A DNA stretch of 64,000 nt from an uncultured delta proteobacterium (lineage in GTDB: Bacteria > Myxococcota_A > Polyangia > Palsa-1104): NCBI GenBank assembly GCA_963785725.1, contig CAWAWS010000014.1, positions 224,001 to 288,000 on the forward strand. The letters are read 5' to 3'. Within the stretch, counting starts at the first letter, position 1; each line of letters begins with the position of its first letter. A model generated the notes under the pieces. It worked only from the letters and a program-made list of their open reading frames with translations. It had not been told where the DNA came from and ran no database searches. This document shows positions 28,447 to 38,691 of this stretch, one piece after another. The position numbers were made by a program, and so were the translations under genes.

Positions 28447-30429
28447 ATGCATACGCTTTTGAAGCGCCGCGCGCTGCCGGCGCTGCTGGTGGCGTGCGCG
28501 CTTTTGTACGGAATTCGCGCCGGCAGCTACGGCTTGTGGGATCCGTGGGAGACGCATTACGGCGAGATCGCGCGGCAGATGGCGATGACGGGCGACGTCG
28601 TGACGCCGCGCTGGCCGGGCTCGCCCATCGATCGCGTCGAGGTCTTCCACAAGCCGGTGCTGCATTTCTGGCTCCTGGCGGCGTCGCTGCGCAGCTTCGG
28701 CCTCGAGTCGGCGGGCGCGACACCGTCGCAGATGGTCGACGATTGGCGTCCCGAGTGGGCGCTCCGGCTGCCCAATATTCTGCTCTCGCTGCTGACGCTG
28801 GCCGTGCTCGCGTGGGCGGTCTCGCGGCTGGCCGGACGGCGCGCGGCGTGGCTGACGACGCTCGTGTTGGCGACGTCGTCGCAGTGGCTGCTGGTGACGC
28901 GACAGGCGATGACCGACATTCCCTTCGTCGCGCCGATGACCATCGCGCTCGCCTGCGCCGCCGTCGCGCTCCACGCCGCGGACGAAGCGGCCGCGCCGTC
29001 GCCGAAGGCCCGCCGCGCGGCGCTCTTCGGGCTCTTGATTTTGACGCTGCCGCAGCTCGTCGCCTTCTCGTTGCAGCTGCAAACGACGCTGCGAATCGGC
29101 GGTCACAGCTGGCGAATCTCGGGTTTCCTCGCGCTGCTGCCCTATTTCGCGCTGCTGGCGATTGCGATCATCTGGTGTCGAAGAGCGCGCACGCGACGCG
29201 AGCTGCACCTGCAGATCGCCTGGGTCGGCTGCGCGCTGGCGACGCTTGCCAAAGGCCCGGCCGGGATCGCGTTCCCGGCGATCATCATTGCGCTCTATCT
29301 TCTATTGTCCGGTCGCGCGCGCGAAATCCTAGTGGGACTGGACATTCCGCGCGGCCTGCTCTTATTCGTGCTGATCGCGTTCCCTTGGTATCACTGCATG
29401 CATATTCGCCACGGAATGGCCTTTTGGCGCGAGCTCATCGGCGACAATTACATCAATCGCGCCACCGGCCGCAGCGGCGATCGCGGCACTTTCGAATATT
29501 ACGTGCCGTGGATCGGCTATGGCACTTTCCCGTGGTGCGGCTTCGTCGTGCTCGGCCTCTTCCGCGGTCTCGGCGATTCCCGGCGCGCATTGGCCGCCTT
29601 CGCGCTCGTCTGGGCCAGCGTCGATATCGTCACCGTCACGTTGGTGACCACGAAGTTCCATCATTACATTCTGCCGGCGTTGCCGGCGCTGGCGATCTTG
29701 GCCGCGTTCACGATCGAAGATTGGCTCGACGGCAAGCTCCACGCGGCCGAGCTCGGCTTGGTGGCATTTCCCGTCATTGTCTTCTGTGGTCGCGATTTGC
29801 TGCTGCAGCCGGCCCGCTTGGTCTGGCTCTTCTGTTACGACTACGTCATTTCGCCGACGCTCGGTCGTCCTTGGCCGTCACCGACGCTCTATGGCACACG
29901 CTTCGAATACGCCACTACGATCACGATATTCGTGACACTCGCCGCGCTCATGGCGCTGCTCATGGCGCTCTTGTCGCAGCGCTGGCCGCGCGCGCGTTCT
30001 TACGTCTTCGCCGCATTCACGGCGCTGGCTCTTTCGTGGTCGATTTGGCTCGTCGACGACTTCTTGATCGCGCTGTCGCCGCATTGGAGTCAAAAGGCCG
30101 TCATCGCCGCTTATTATCGACAACGACACGATGCCAATGAGCCTTTGATCGCGTGGAATCTTTATTGGCGCGGCGAAAACTTCTATTCGCGCAACCAGAT
30201 CTCGAGCGCGAGCGACCCGCAAGAGCGGACTGCTTGGTGTTATATCGACGTGCCCAAGCGCTTACGCGAATATCTGCCGAAACATCGCGGTCACCGTCTC
30301 TTCTTTCTCGTCGATCGCACGCAATTGAACCAGCTGAAGTCTGCTTTGGGGACGCCGCTGGCCAATACCTTGCGAATCGTCGACGAGAGTAACTGCAAGC
30401 TCTATTTGACGGTCGTCGATAACCGTTAG
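28447..30429 (+). CDS. ArnT-like GT-C/family 39 glycosyltransferase
   Basis: WDPWETHYGEIARQM, KPVL.FW, LAKGPAG, TKFHHYILP; many TMs. Confidence 0.9.
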   Translation: MHTLLKRRALPALLVACALLYGIRAGSYGLWDPWETHYGEIARQMAMTGDVVTPRWPGSPIDRVEVFHKPVLHFWLLAASLRSFGLESAGATPSQMVDDWRPEWALRLPNILLSLLTLAVLAWAVSRLAGRRAAWLTTLVLATSSQWLLVTRQAMTDIPFVAPMTIALACAAVALHAADEAAAPSPKARRAALFGLLILTLPQLVAFSLQLQTTLRIGGHSWRISGFLALLPYFALLAIAIIWCRRARTRRELHLQIAWVGCALATLAKGPAGIAFPAIIIALYLLLSGRAREILVGLDIPRGLLLFVLIAFPWYHCMHIRHGMAFWRELIGDNYINRATGRSGDRGTFEYYVPWIGYGTFPWCGFVVLGLFRGLGDSRRALAAFALVWASVDIVTVTLVTTKFHHYILPALPALAILAAFTIEDWLDGKLHAAELGLVAFPVIVFCGRDLLLQPARLVWLFCYDYVISPTLGRPWPSPTLYGTRFEYATTITIFVTLAALMALLMALLSQRWPRARSYVFAAFTALALSWSIWLVDDFLIALSPHWSQKAVIAAYYRQRHDANEPLIAWNLYWRGENFYSRNQISSASDPQERTAWCYIDVPKRLREYLPKHRGHRLFFLVDRTQLNQLKSALGTPLANTLRIVDESNCKLYLTVVDNR

Positions 30430-30469
30430 ACGTGTCGATTAGGCGGGGCGATGCGAAGGCGAGCGATCG

Positions 30470-32050
30470 TTAGCCGTTGCGGCGACGACGGCGCCACGTG
30501 GCGAGCATCGCGAAGCCGACCGTCACGAGCCAGCCGCCGCCGGCCGTCTCGGCGCCGCCGAACGAGCAGCCGATGCCGCCGACGCCGCTCGACGACGTCG
30601 AGCCGCTGCCGCTGGTCGTGCCGCCGGTGTCGCCGTTGGTGCCGCCGGTCGATGTGCCGCTGCCGCCGCCCGTCGTGGCGCCGCCGCTGCCGCCGCTCGA
30701 CGACGCCGGCTCCATGTCGGGACCCGGCGTCATGTCGGGACCCATCGCCATGTCGGGCGTCGGCGTCGCCGTGCTCGACGCGAACATGGCGCCGTTGGGC
30801 GTGCCGACGCCGGTCGGGCCGTCCCACGCTTTGCCGGCGTTGCACAAGATGTTGCCGCAGGTGCCGTTGGTGCCGGACACGACATCGAAGAACGCGCCCG
30901 TGTTCGAGTACGGGAACGACGGCGCAGACGTGCCTTTGCCGTAGAGCGCGAACACGCCGGCGACGAACGGCGACGCCGCGCTGGTGCCGCCGACGACGAG
31001 GAAGCCGCCCGAGCCGGCGTTGTAGACGGCGACGCCGGTGGCCGGATCGCCGACCGCGGCGACGTCGGCCGACGCGCGGAAGGTGCAGGTGGTGTTGAGC
31101 GCGTTCTGGTACGCCGGCTTCGGGATCGAGATGCTGCACGAGCTGCCGCCGGCGCCTTTGGCCTTCGTGCTCGTCGACCACGCGGTCTCGCTCCAGCCGC
31201 GCGTCGTGCCCGCGGTCTTGGTGAGCGACGTGCCGCCGACGGCGATGACGAACGCCGAGACGCTCGGATAGTCGGGGCCGCTGCCGCCGTCGTCGAAGCC
31301 GTCGTCACCGGCGGCGACGAAGATGGCCAGCGGCTTGCCGACGTTCATGAAGTGCTCTTGGCTGGCGCCGGTCTGCGCCTTCGACTCGGGACCACCCCAG
31401 CTGTTGCTGATGACGCTGGCGCCGAGGCCGGCCGCGGTCGCCTGCGCGATCATGAGGCCGTCGCTGGTGTCGTCGTCGGCTTGCACGAGCAGCAGCTTGC
31501 AGTTCGGGCACGCGGCCGACGCCATGTCGAGATCGAGCGCGGTCTCGACGGTCCAGTCGTCGTTGGCGGGCGGCGCGGCGGGCAGCGGCGATGTCTTGCC
31601 CTCTTGGTTGACGATCGTGAGACAGCCGCTGGCGACGGTGCAGGCCGACAGCCCGTAGTTGGAGCGATATTTCGCCAAGTCGCTCTCGGCGTTGACGTAG
31701 CCGAACGCGTCGACGATGGCGATGGTGGCGTTGGGCTTGAGCGTGGGGTCGAGCGCGTAGGCCGACGCCAGATCGGCGGGACCGAACGCGGCGCCGGCGG
31801 CATCGGGCGAGAACGACGCGCGAATGTCGCTGCGAACATGTCCTTTGCAATGGAAGCGCTGCCCGTTGGCATTGCACGACATCGGCTCGCTCGGGTGCGC
31901 GACGTACGTGGACGCGGCCAGCGCGACGGCGGGCTCGTCCTCGGTCGCGCCGGTGTTGGCAGGCGGCGCGCCCACGCAAGCAGGCAGCGCCAAAGCCAAG
32001 GACGACACGAAGGACAGAGCGGCGAGGCGATTGCGGACGGGCTTGTTCAC
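30470..32050 (-). CDS. S53 (sedolisin-type) serine peptidase with MYXO-CTERM anchor
   Basis: ETALD, ISNSWG, AAGDDG, GGTSAASP; C-terminal GCSFGG + TM + RRRRR. Confidence 0.88.
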   Translation of the reverse strand: MNKPVRNRLAALSFVSSLALALPACVGAPPANTGATEDEPAVALAASTYVAHPSEPMSCNANGQRFHCKGHVRSDIRASFSPDAAGAAFGPADLASAYALDPTLKPNATIAIVDAFGYVNAESDLAKYRSNYGLSACTVASGCLTIVNQEGKTSPLPAAPPANDDWTVETALDLDMASAACPNCKLLLVQADDDTSDGLMIAQATAAGLGASVISNSWGGPESKAQTGASQEHFMNVGKPLAIFVAAGDDGFDDGGSGPDYPSVSAFVIAVGGTSLTKTAGTTRGWSETAWSTSTKAKGAGGSSCSISIPKPAYQNALNTTCTFRASADVAAVGDPATGVAVYNAGSGGFLVVGGTSAASPFVAGVFALYGKGTSAPSFPYSNTGAFFDVVSGTNGTCGNILCNAGKAWDGPTGVGTPNGAMFASSTATPTPDMAMGPDMTPGPDMEPASSSGGSGGATTGGGSGTSTGGTNGDTGGTTSGSGSTSSSGVGGIGCSFGGAETAGGGWLVTVGFAMLATWRRRRRNG

Positions 32051-32113
32051 GAGCGCTCCTTGCGAAACAGTGGCAATGCAATCAGTGACATCGGCGGCGA
32101 TGGCGACTGCTAA

Positions 32114-32129
32114 AGCAAGCGCTCGGCCA
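32114..32129 (-). promoter_or_regulatory. Candidate sigma54 promoter TGGCCG-N5-TTGCT
   Basis: GG-N10-GC spacing, ~65 nt upstream of the S53 start. Confidence 0.4.
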
Positions 32130-32397
32130 AGCCGCGCCGAATGTGGGGAAACGCGCGATTCCAACGCATTAGCACCCGGATTCACGGCCGCGGCGTTCGC
32201 ATCGCTGGGGGCGCGTTCCCCAGTCGCGCGGTCAGTTCGCAGTTCGATTGCGCTCTTTTATGCGCGCTCGTGCGACACGTCGTCGGCTCATCTACTCTGT
32301 GGCTCCGTAAGGGTACGCAGGCGCGGCGCCGAAGGCTTTGTCCACACGCGTTGACGAGCGGGCGCGCGACCCCCGGGCCGTGCTTAGGAGAGTCGAG

Positions 32398-33378
32398 ATG
32401 GCGCGTTCGCTGCTTCTGCTTGGCTGTTCGCTCGTCTCGTTCGGCTGCGCGTCGGGCTCGAGCCCTATGGCGACGATCGCGCAGCCGATCATCAACGGCA
32501 CCGTCGATACCGGCGATCCCAACGTCATGCTCTTCATCGCCGAAGATCGCGCGAGCGGTCACGCCGGCGCCTGCACGGCCAGCGTGGTCTCGCCGCACGT
32601 TCTATTGACCGCCGCGCACTGCATCGATCCGCGCGAGTTCGCCAATGACATGGGCGTCGCGCCGACCTCGCTGACCTATTTCACGTATCCGGGTAACTCA
32701 TTCAATTTGATCGATTTCGATCAGAGTTTATTGATACCGGCGAAAGAGGCGCACTTCGATCCGCAGTTCAACCCCGATCCCAACGTGTTCTCGACCGTCG
32801 GTCACGATGTCGGCGTCGTCATCTTGACCGACGCCGCGACGGCGGCGCCGATCCCGCTCAATCACACGGCGCTCGATTCGTCATTGAAGGGCGAGGTCTT
32901 GCGCGTCGTCGGCTATGGCGTGACCGCGGGCGACGATACGACCGGCGCGACGGCGGGCACGAAGCGGCAAGTCGACATCCCCGTCTCGTCGGTGAGCGAC
33001 CTGTTCATCAACTTCGACGACGGATCGCACGGCATCTGCGAAGGCGACTCGGGCGGCCCGGCCTTGCAGATTATTTACGGCGTCGAGACCATCGTCGGCA
33101 TCACCGCGTTCGGGCGCCAGGGTTGTCCGGTGAATCAGCCGCAATCGGAGACGCGCGTCGACCTCTACACGTCGTTCGTCGACGGCTACATCGAGCAATT
33201 CGACGGCACCATCCCGATGGGCGCCGACTTGGCCGGCACCGACGCGGGGCAAGTCATGCCGCACCGCTCGGGCGGCTGCTCGTTCGCCGCCGGTGACGAG
33301 CGAGCGAGCGCGCTCGGCTGGCTGGTGCTGCTCGTCGCCCTCGGATTCGGCGTTCGTCGGCTAAAGCACGTGCGATAG
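32398..33378 (+). CDS. Trypsin-like S1 serine protease with MYXO-CTERM anchor
   Basis: LTAAHC, HDVG, GDSGGP; C-terminal SGGCS + TM + RR. Confidence 0.92.
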   Translation: MARSLLLLGCSLVSFGCASGSSPMATIAQPIINGTVDTGDPNVMLFIAEDRASGHAGACTASVVSPHVLLTAAHCIDPREFANDMGVAPTSLTYFTYPGNSFNLIDFDQSLLIPAKEAHFDPQFNPDPNVFSTVGHDVGVVILTDAATAAPIPLNHTALDSSLKGEVLRVVGYGVTAGDDTTGATAGTKRQVDIPVSSVSDLFINFDDGSHGICEGDSGGPALQIIYGVETIVGITAFGRQGCPVNQPQSETRVDLYTSFVDGYIEQFDGTIPMGADLAGTDAGQVMPHRSGGCSFAAGDERASALGWLVLLVALGFGVRRLKHVR

Positions 33379-33424
33379 AGCTGCCGATTCGGCAGGAGCG
33401 GCGCAGCCATTGTACAGTGTGCCC

Positions 33425-33985
33425 ATGCGCGCCTTGCTCGTCGTCGTCAGCGTCGTCGCCCTCGCCCTCGGCGGCGGCTGCCGGCGCAAGGTCGACACGC
33501 AGACCTGCAACGATCACATCCGCAACCTCGACGAGACCGACGTCGACTGCGGCGGAACCGTCTGTCCCGCTTGCGGCACCGGCCGCAGCTGCCTCGTCAC
33601 GACCGACTGCATCTCGCTCTTGTGCACCGGCGGCGTCTGCGTGGCACCGAGCTGCAGCGACGGCATCAAGAACGGCAGCGAGAGCGGCATCGACTGCGGC
33701 GGCATCGACTGCCCGCCCTGCGGCGTCGGCTCCGCGTGCGCCGGCAACAACGACTGCGCGTCGGGCGTGTGCAGCGGTCGCAGCTGCGCGGCGCCGAGCT
33801 GCAGCGACGGCTTCAAGAACGGCAGCGAGACCGACGTCGACTGCGGCGGCGCCGATTGTCCGCCGTGCGCGGCCGGCCTCGGGTGCGCGACGGGCAGCGA
33901 CTGCCAGTCGATGACGTGCGACGGCGACGCCGGCTGCGCGGCGACCGCGTGCGGCTGCGGCGCCGGCTGCCCGCCTTGCGAATGA
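33425..33985 (+). CDS. Cys-rich repeat lipoprotein
   Basis: Lipobox GGGC; three C.DG.KNG.E..(V/I)DCGG..C..C repeats. Confidence 0.85.
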   Translation: MRALLVVVSVVALALGGGCRRKVDTQTCNDHIRNLDETDVDCGGTVCPACGTGRSCLVTTDCISLLCTGGVCVAPSCSDGIKNGSESGIDCGGIDCPPCGVGSACAGNNDCASGVCSGRSCAAPSCSDGFKNGSETDVDCGGADCPPCAAGLGCATGSDCQSMTCDGDAGCAATACGCGAGCPPCE

Positions 33986-33994
33986 CGTGAACGG

Positions 33995-35662
33995 CTATTC
34001 GTTGGCGGCGGCGCGTCGCTGCGCCGCGAAGCTGGCGTCCGGGCGGCGATAGAGCTGCGTGTAGTAGTCGCGCAGCATGCGATCGGACGAGAACGCGTCC
34101 TGCGTGGCCGCGATCGACGCCCGCATCAGCTGCCGCCAACGCGGCCGATTCCCGTAGAACGTCGGGATGATCTCGTCTTCGAGCAGCGCATAGAGCGCGG
34201 CGGCGTCGGCGGCGTCGCCCGCTGCGTCGTCGAGCAAGTGGTCGCCGATGGCCCAGCCGTTGTGGCCGTGGTCGCAGGCTTCGGGCCACCAGCCGTCGAG
34301 GATGGAGCAGTTGAGCACGCCGTTCATGGCCGCTTTCATGCCCGACGTGCCGCACGCTTCCAGCGGCCGCCGCGGCGTGTTGAGCCACACGTCGACGCCG
34401 CGCGTGAGCGCGCGCCCGAGCGCCAAGTCGTAGTTGGGCACGAAGACCACGCGCCCGCCGTAACGACGCGACAGTTGTACCATCTCCGCGACGAGCGCCT
34501 GTCCGCCGGCGTCGCGCGGATGCGCCTTGCCGGCGTACACGAGCTGCACCGGCCCGCGCTCGAGCAGGCCGGCCATGCGCTGCTCATCGGCAAACAGCAG
34601 CGTCGCGCGCTTGTAAGCGGTCGCCCGCCGCGCAAAGCCGATCGTCAACAGGTCGGGATCGAGCACGACGCCGCTGCGCGCGGCCACTTCGCGGCACAGC
34701 GCGCGCTTGCAGGCCGCCCGCGCCGCGTCGAGCGCGCCGTCGTCGCCGGCGGCCGCGGCCGCGCGCACGCCGGCGTCTTGCCACACGCGCGCGTCGACGC
34801 CGTTGGTGATGCTGGCGATGGGCGCCGCGTCATCGACGTGACGCCACATGTCGCGCGCCGTCTCGCCGTGCAGCTGCGCCACCGCGTTGGCGGCGCGCGA
34901 CAGCCGCAGCGCGCCGACGGTCATGTTGAACGGCGAGCCGCCCAGCTGCGTCAGCTGCGCCGTCGTCAGGCCGAGCGTCGCGCCTTGCGCTTCCAGCCGC
35001 TCGATCGCGTGCGTCTCGTTGCCGGCGTCGATCGGCGTATGCGTCGTGAACACGATCTGCTGCCGCGTCTCCGTCCATGCGTCGTCGAAGTCGAGCCCAC
35101 GCCCGCGCGCCTGCCGAATCAGCTCGAAGCCCGCGAACAGCGCGTGGCCTTCGTTGAAGTGAAAGAGATCGACCTCGATGCCGAGCGCTTGCAACGCGCG
35201 CACGCCGCCGACGCCGAGCACGATCTCCTGCGCGATCCGATCGTCGCTGCCGCCGCCATAGAGCCGCGCCGTGATCCAGCGATCGTGCGCCTCCACCGGC
35301 TCGAGCAGATAGAGCGGCGCCGTGTTCAGCCCCTCGACGCGAAAGATCGCCAGCGGCACGACGCGGCCGGCGATCGTCACCGTGACGGTCGGCGCCAGCT
35401 TCTCGAGGTGCCGGCGATCGTGCGGCGTCGGATGATCCTCGTTCGTCCCAGCGGCCGCGATGCGCTGCGTGGTGTACCCTTGTCCCCACACGATGCCTAC
35501 GCCGACCACCGGCAACGCCAGCGCATGCGCCGACCGCATGAAGTCGCCCGCCAACACGCCGAGGCCGCCCGAATAGATGGGCAGGCTCTCGTCGAGGCCG
35601 TATTCCATGCAAAAATAGGCCACACGCGGGCGTTCACCGATTTCGGGACTTTCGTAACTCAT
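33995..35662 (-). CDS. glgP: Alpha-glucan phosphorylase (short, 555 aa)
   Basis: VAYFCMEYGL...YSGGLGVLAGD, HFNEGH, FTTHT, FARRATAYKR, EACGTSGMK (PLP lysine). Confidence 0.93.
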   Translation of the reverse strand: MSYESPEIGERPRVAYFCMEYGLDESLPIYSGGLGVLAGDFMRSAHALALPVVGVGIVWGQGYTTQRIAAAGTNEDHPTPHDRRHLEKLAPTVTVTIAGRVVPLAIFRVEGLNTAPLYLLEPVEAHDRWITARLYGGGSDDRIAQEIVLGVGGVRALQALGIEVDLFHFNEGHALFAGFELIRQARGRGLDFDDAWTETRQQIVFTTHTPIDAGNETHAIERLEAQGATLGLTTAQLTQLGGSPFNMTVGALRLSRAANAVAQLHGETARDMWRHVDDAAPIASITNGVDARVWQDAGVRAAAAAGDDGALDAARAACKRALCREVAARSGVVLDPDLLTIGFARRATAYKRATLLFADEQRMAGLLERGPVQLVYAGKAHPRDAGGQALVAEMVQLSRRYGGRVVFVPNYDLALGRALTRGVDVWLNTPRRPLEACGTSGMKAAMNGVLNCSILDGWWPEACDHGHNGWAIGDHLLDDAAGDAADAAALYALLEDEIIPTFYGNRPRWRQLMRASIAATQDAFSSDRMLRDYYTQLYRRPDASFAAQRRAAANE

Positions 35663-35719
35663 ATCAGAGTTACTAGCACCGGGTAGCGAAGCGGTCAAGG
35701 CGCGTGCTATCGACGGCGC

Positions 35720-37123
35720 ATGACGACGCCAGCCAACACCGACAAAGCGCTGCACCATTTCGAGCAAGAACGAGCTCATTACCTCGAAGATTTGAAGACG
35801 CTGGCGCGGATTCCCAGCGTCTCCTTCGACGGCTTTCCGCCGGCCGAAGTGCGCCGCTCGGCCGAGGCGACGGCGAAGCTCCTGCGCGAGCGCGGCTTCG
35901 ACAACGTGCAGCTGCTCGAGCTGGCCGGCGCGCATCCTTACGTCTACGGCGAGATCAAGAAGACGCCGGGCGCGCCGACGATCCTCTTGTACGCGCATCA
36001 CGACGTGCAGCCGGCGGGCGACGCCGAGCGCTGGAAGTCGCCGCCGTTCGAGCCGACCGAGCGCGACGGCCGCCTGTACGGCCGCGGCACCGCCGACGAC
36101 AAAGCGGGCGTCGTCGTGCACACGAGCGCCGTCGCCGCGTGGTTGAAGGGCGTCGGCTCGCTGCCGCTCAACGTCAAGATCGTCGTCGAAGGCGAAGAAG
36201 AGATCGGCTCCGGCCACTTGACCGAGTTCTTGCGGACGCATCGCGCGCTCTTGTCGGCCGACGCCATCGTGCTGACGGACACGGGCAACTTCGAGACCGG
36301 CTTGCCCTCGATCACGACGGCGCTGCGCGGGCTCGTCGCCGTCGACGTCGAAGTGCGCGCGCTCAAGCAGTCGCTGCACTCGGGCATGTGGGGCGGGCCG
36401 GTGCCCGATCCGACGCTGGCGCTGTGCAAGATGATCGCGTCGCTCACCAATGACGACGGCACCATCGCCATCGACGACATCTACTCGCACGTGCGGCCGC
36501 TGACCGACGCCGAGAAGCGCGACATCGCGGCGCTGCCGACGGACGTGGCCAAGTTCCGCGCGCAGGCCGGCATCCTCGACGGCGTGCAGCTGCTCGGCGG
36601 CGGCCGTCATCCGTGGGAGACGAACTGGCGCATGCCGTCCTTGTCGGTGAACGCGTTCGAAGCGTCGAACCGCAAGGATGCGCGCAACATCATCAATGAG
36701 TCGGCCTGGGCGCGCGTCGGCATTCGCATCGTGCCCGACCTCGATCCGACGTGGGTCAAAGAGCAGCTCGTCGCCAAGCTCAAGAAGTCGGCGCCGTGGG
36801 GCGTGCAGGTCGAGATCCACGACGAAGCCTGCAACGGCTGGTGGTACACCGATCCGGCGCATCCGGCGTTCCAAGCCGCGTTCCGCGCGCTCAAGAAGGG
36901 CTACGACACCGACGCCATCACCATGGGCTGCGGCGGGTCGATTCCGTTCGTCGAGCCGTTCGCGCGCGAGCTCGGCGGCGTGCCGGCGCTGCTCATCGGC
37001 GTCGAAGATCCGTACACCAACGCGCACTCGGAGAACGAGAGCTTGCACCTCGGCGACTGGAACAAGGCCGTCAAGAGCGCGATCTATCTCTACGAAGAGC
37101 TGGCCGTCGCCCTCAAGAAGTAA
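35720..37123 (+). CDS. M20/M25/M40 family dipeptidase
   Basis: [35 protein letters not shown]. Confidence 0.95.
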   Translation: MTTPANTDKALHHFEQERAHYLEDLKTLARIPSVSFDGFPPAEVRRSAEATAKLLRERGFDNVQLLELAGAHPYVYGEIKKTPGAPTILLYAHHDVQPAGDAERWKSPPFEPTERDGRLYGRGTADDKAGVVVHTSAVAAWLKGVGSLPLNVKIVVEGEEEIGSGHLTEFLRTHRALLSADAIVLTDTGNFETGLPSITTALRGLVAVDVEVRALKQSLHSGMWGGPVPDPTLALCKMIASLTNDDGTIAIDDIYSHVRPLTDAEKRDIAALPTDVAKFRAQAGILDGVQLLGGGRHPWETNWRMPSLSVNAFEASNRKDARNIINESAWARVGIRIVPDLDPTWVKEQLVAKLKKSAPWGVQVEIHDEACNGWWYTDPAHPAFQAAFRALKKGYDTDAITMGCGGSIPFVEPFARELGGVPALLIGVEDPYTNAHSENESLHLGDWNKAVKSAIYLYEELAVALKK

Positions 37124-37131
37124 ACACGCGT

Positions 37132-37821
37132 TTACATCGTCGTCGGGTGATGGCGGAAGTCGACGCCGAGCACGATGCGCTCTTCGCGGCGATTTCCCGG
37201 CACGCGCTCCAAGCAGCTCAACATGAACGGCACGAGCACGGCCTGATCCGCGGCCGGCATCGACCACAGCTCCTGCGCGCCGCGAATGACGAACGGCAGC
37301 GTGCGCTCGCCGAAGTACGTCGGCGTGCGCACGGTGCCGAGCAGATCATTGCCGGCGGTGCGCGTCAGCTGGTAGTGGCGCAAGCCGACGGTGCCCACGA
37401 GCGAATCGGGCTTGAGGTAGATTTCGATCGGATAAAGCCCAACGCTGCTGCCCGAGCGCGTGCCGAAGATCTCACGTCCTTTGCGGCCGTCGCGCACGTC
37501 GAAGCGCATCGAAGCGCTCCCGCTCGACCCGCCGAAGCGCGCGTCGAGCTGTGTGTAGCCGCTGACGTCGAGCCGCCTGCCCCAATATTCGCTGTAGAAG
37601 TCGACGTCGATGCCGCAGACTTCGCCGACGACGCGGCCGGCGTCGGCGTGGAGCCTGCCGGTCGGCTCGACGACGCTGGTGTCGCCAAGCTCATGCTTGA
37701 CCGCGAAATAGCGGCCGTCGCTGTAGCCCAACGTCGCCGTCTGCGTGTGCGTCGCCGATTGCGACGCGCACGCCGGCAGCGCGCAGGCCAAGAGCACCAT
37801 CGAAGCCCATTTTGTCGTCAT
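37132..37821 (-). CDS. Hypothetical lipoprotein
   Basis: Lipobox LPAC; fills the gap with coding-like codon usage. Confidence 0.65.
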   Translation of the reverse strand: MTTKWASMVLLACALPACASQSATHTQTATLGYSDGRYFAVKHELGDTSVVEPTGRLHADAGRVVGEVCGIDVDFYSEYWGRRLDVSGYTQLDARFGGSSGSASMRFDVRDGRKGREIFGTRSGSSVGLYPIEIYLKPDSLVGTVGLRHYQLTRTAGNDLLGTVRTPTYFGERTLPFVIRGAQELWSMPAADQAVLVPFMLSCLERVPGNRREERIVLGVDFRHHPTTM

Positions 37822-38023
37822 TTCGCAGTGACGCCCGGCCCCGCGAAATATTCACGCGCCCAGATCGCCTGTGAATCTCGGGTGATCGCGATCACCCGAG
37901 CCGATTTGCGCCGGCGGAGCATTATTGCTCCGTCCGTCGCCGGCAACGTCGCGCTCGGGGGCACGATTCCGCGCGTTTATGTCGCTCGTCGCAATGGCAT
38001 GTCGCGTGCTGAAGGACGGCGCC

Positions 38024-38641
38024 ATGAAGATTCTATCTTTCGTAGTCGTGATGCTCTTGAGCACGGCGGCGCTGGCCCAGGTCGGCATCGAGCGACATAT
38101 GAGCGGCTTTAGCGGCAACGACGAGATCTCGACCCAGGTCGGCTTTCAAGCGTCGCTCGGCGGCGGCACGCCCGACGGCTTCAAGCTCTTCATCGACTAT
38201 TCGCACCGCTTATCGAACCTCGTGTGGCTGAACTTCAAGATCAACCCGACCATCAGCGCCGGCGATTCGCGCTCCATCTGCTTCGACAGCAATGGCAACG
38301 CCTACGATTGCTCGAGCGGCTTTCAGGGCGACGGCTACGCGATCGACATCTTGGCGGGTGTGAAGCTCAAGTGGATGACGCGCATTCACCTCATGCCGTA
38401 CGTCAATATCGACGGCGGCGTCGTGCCCATCTTCGGCCGGCCCGAGCACGACAACGGCGCCGCGGTCATCGTGCACGCCGGCGGCGGCGTCAAATACTTC
38501 ATTACGCCGCGCGTGGCGCTCGGCGGAGAGGTGGATTTTGGCTTGGGACCGGCTTTTTACAGCCAAGGAAACTACCCGCAGTCGCACAACGAATTCTATC
38601 GCGCCTTCAACCTGGCCTTTGGCGCCGAATTCCTGCTGTAA
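38024..38641 (+). CDS. Small outer-membrane beta-barrel protein
   Basis: Signal peptide; alternating strands, GGGVKYFIT, terminal LAFGAEFLL. Confidence 0.75.
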   Translation: MKILSFVVVMLLSTAALAQVGIERHMSGFSGNDEISTQVGFQASLGGGTPDGFKLFIDYSHRLSNLVWLNFKINPTISAGDSRSICFDSNGNAYDCSSGFQGDGYAIDILAGVKLKWMTRIHLMPYVNIDGGVVPIFGRPEHDNGAAVIVHAGGGVKYFITPRVALGGEVDFGLGPAFYSQGNYPQSHNEFYRAFNLAFGAEFLL

Positions 38642-38691
38642 AGCACGTGCTTTACAACCTTCTAAGGTACGTGACTGACGATAGGATTCTG

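Noticed and set aside
35663..37267. N-terminal extension making a 1090-aa GlgP
   Set aside because: Antisense shadow of the M20 peptidase; real homology starts at MSYESPE (35662)
37995..38010. Sigma54-like TGGCAT-N5-GTGCT upstream of the beta-barrel gene
   Set aside because: Spacing fits, but it would place the transcription start almost on the ATG and such motifs arise by chance; not supported enough to list
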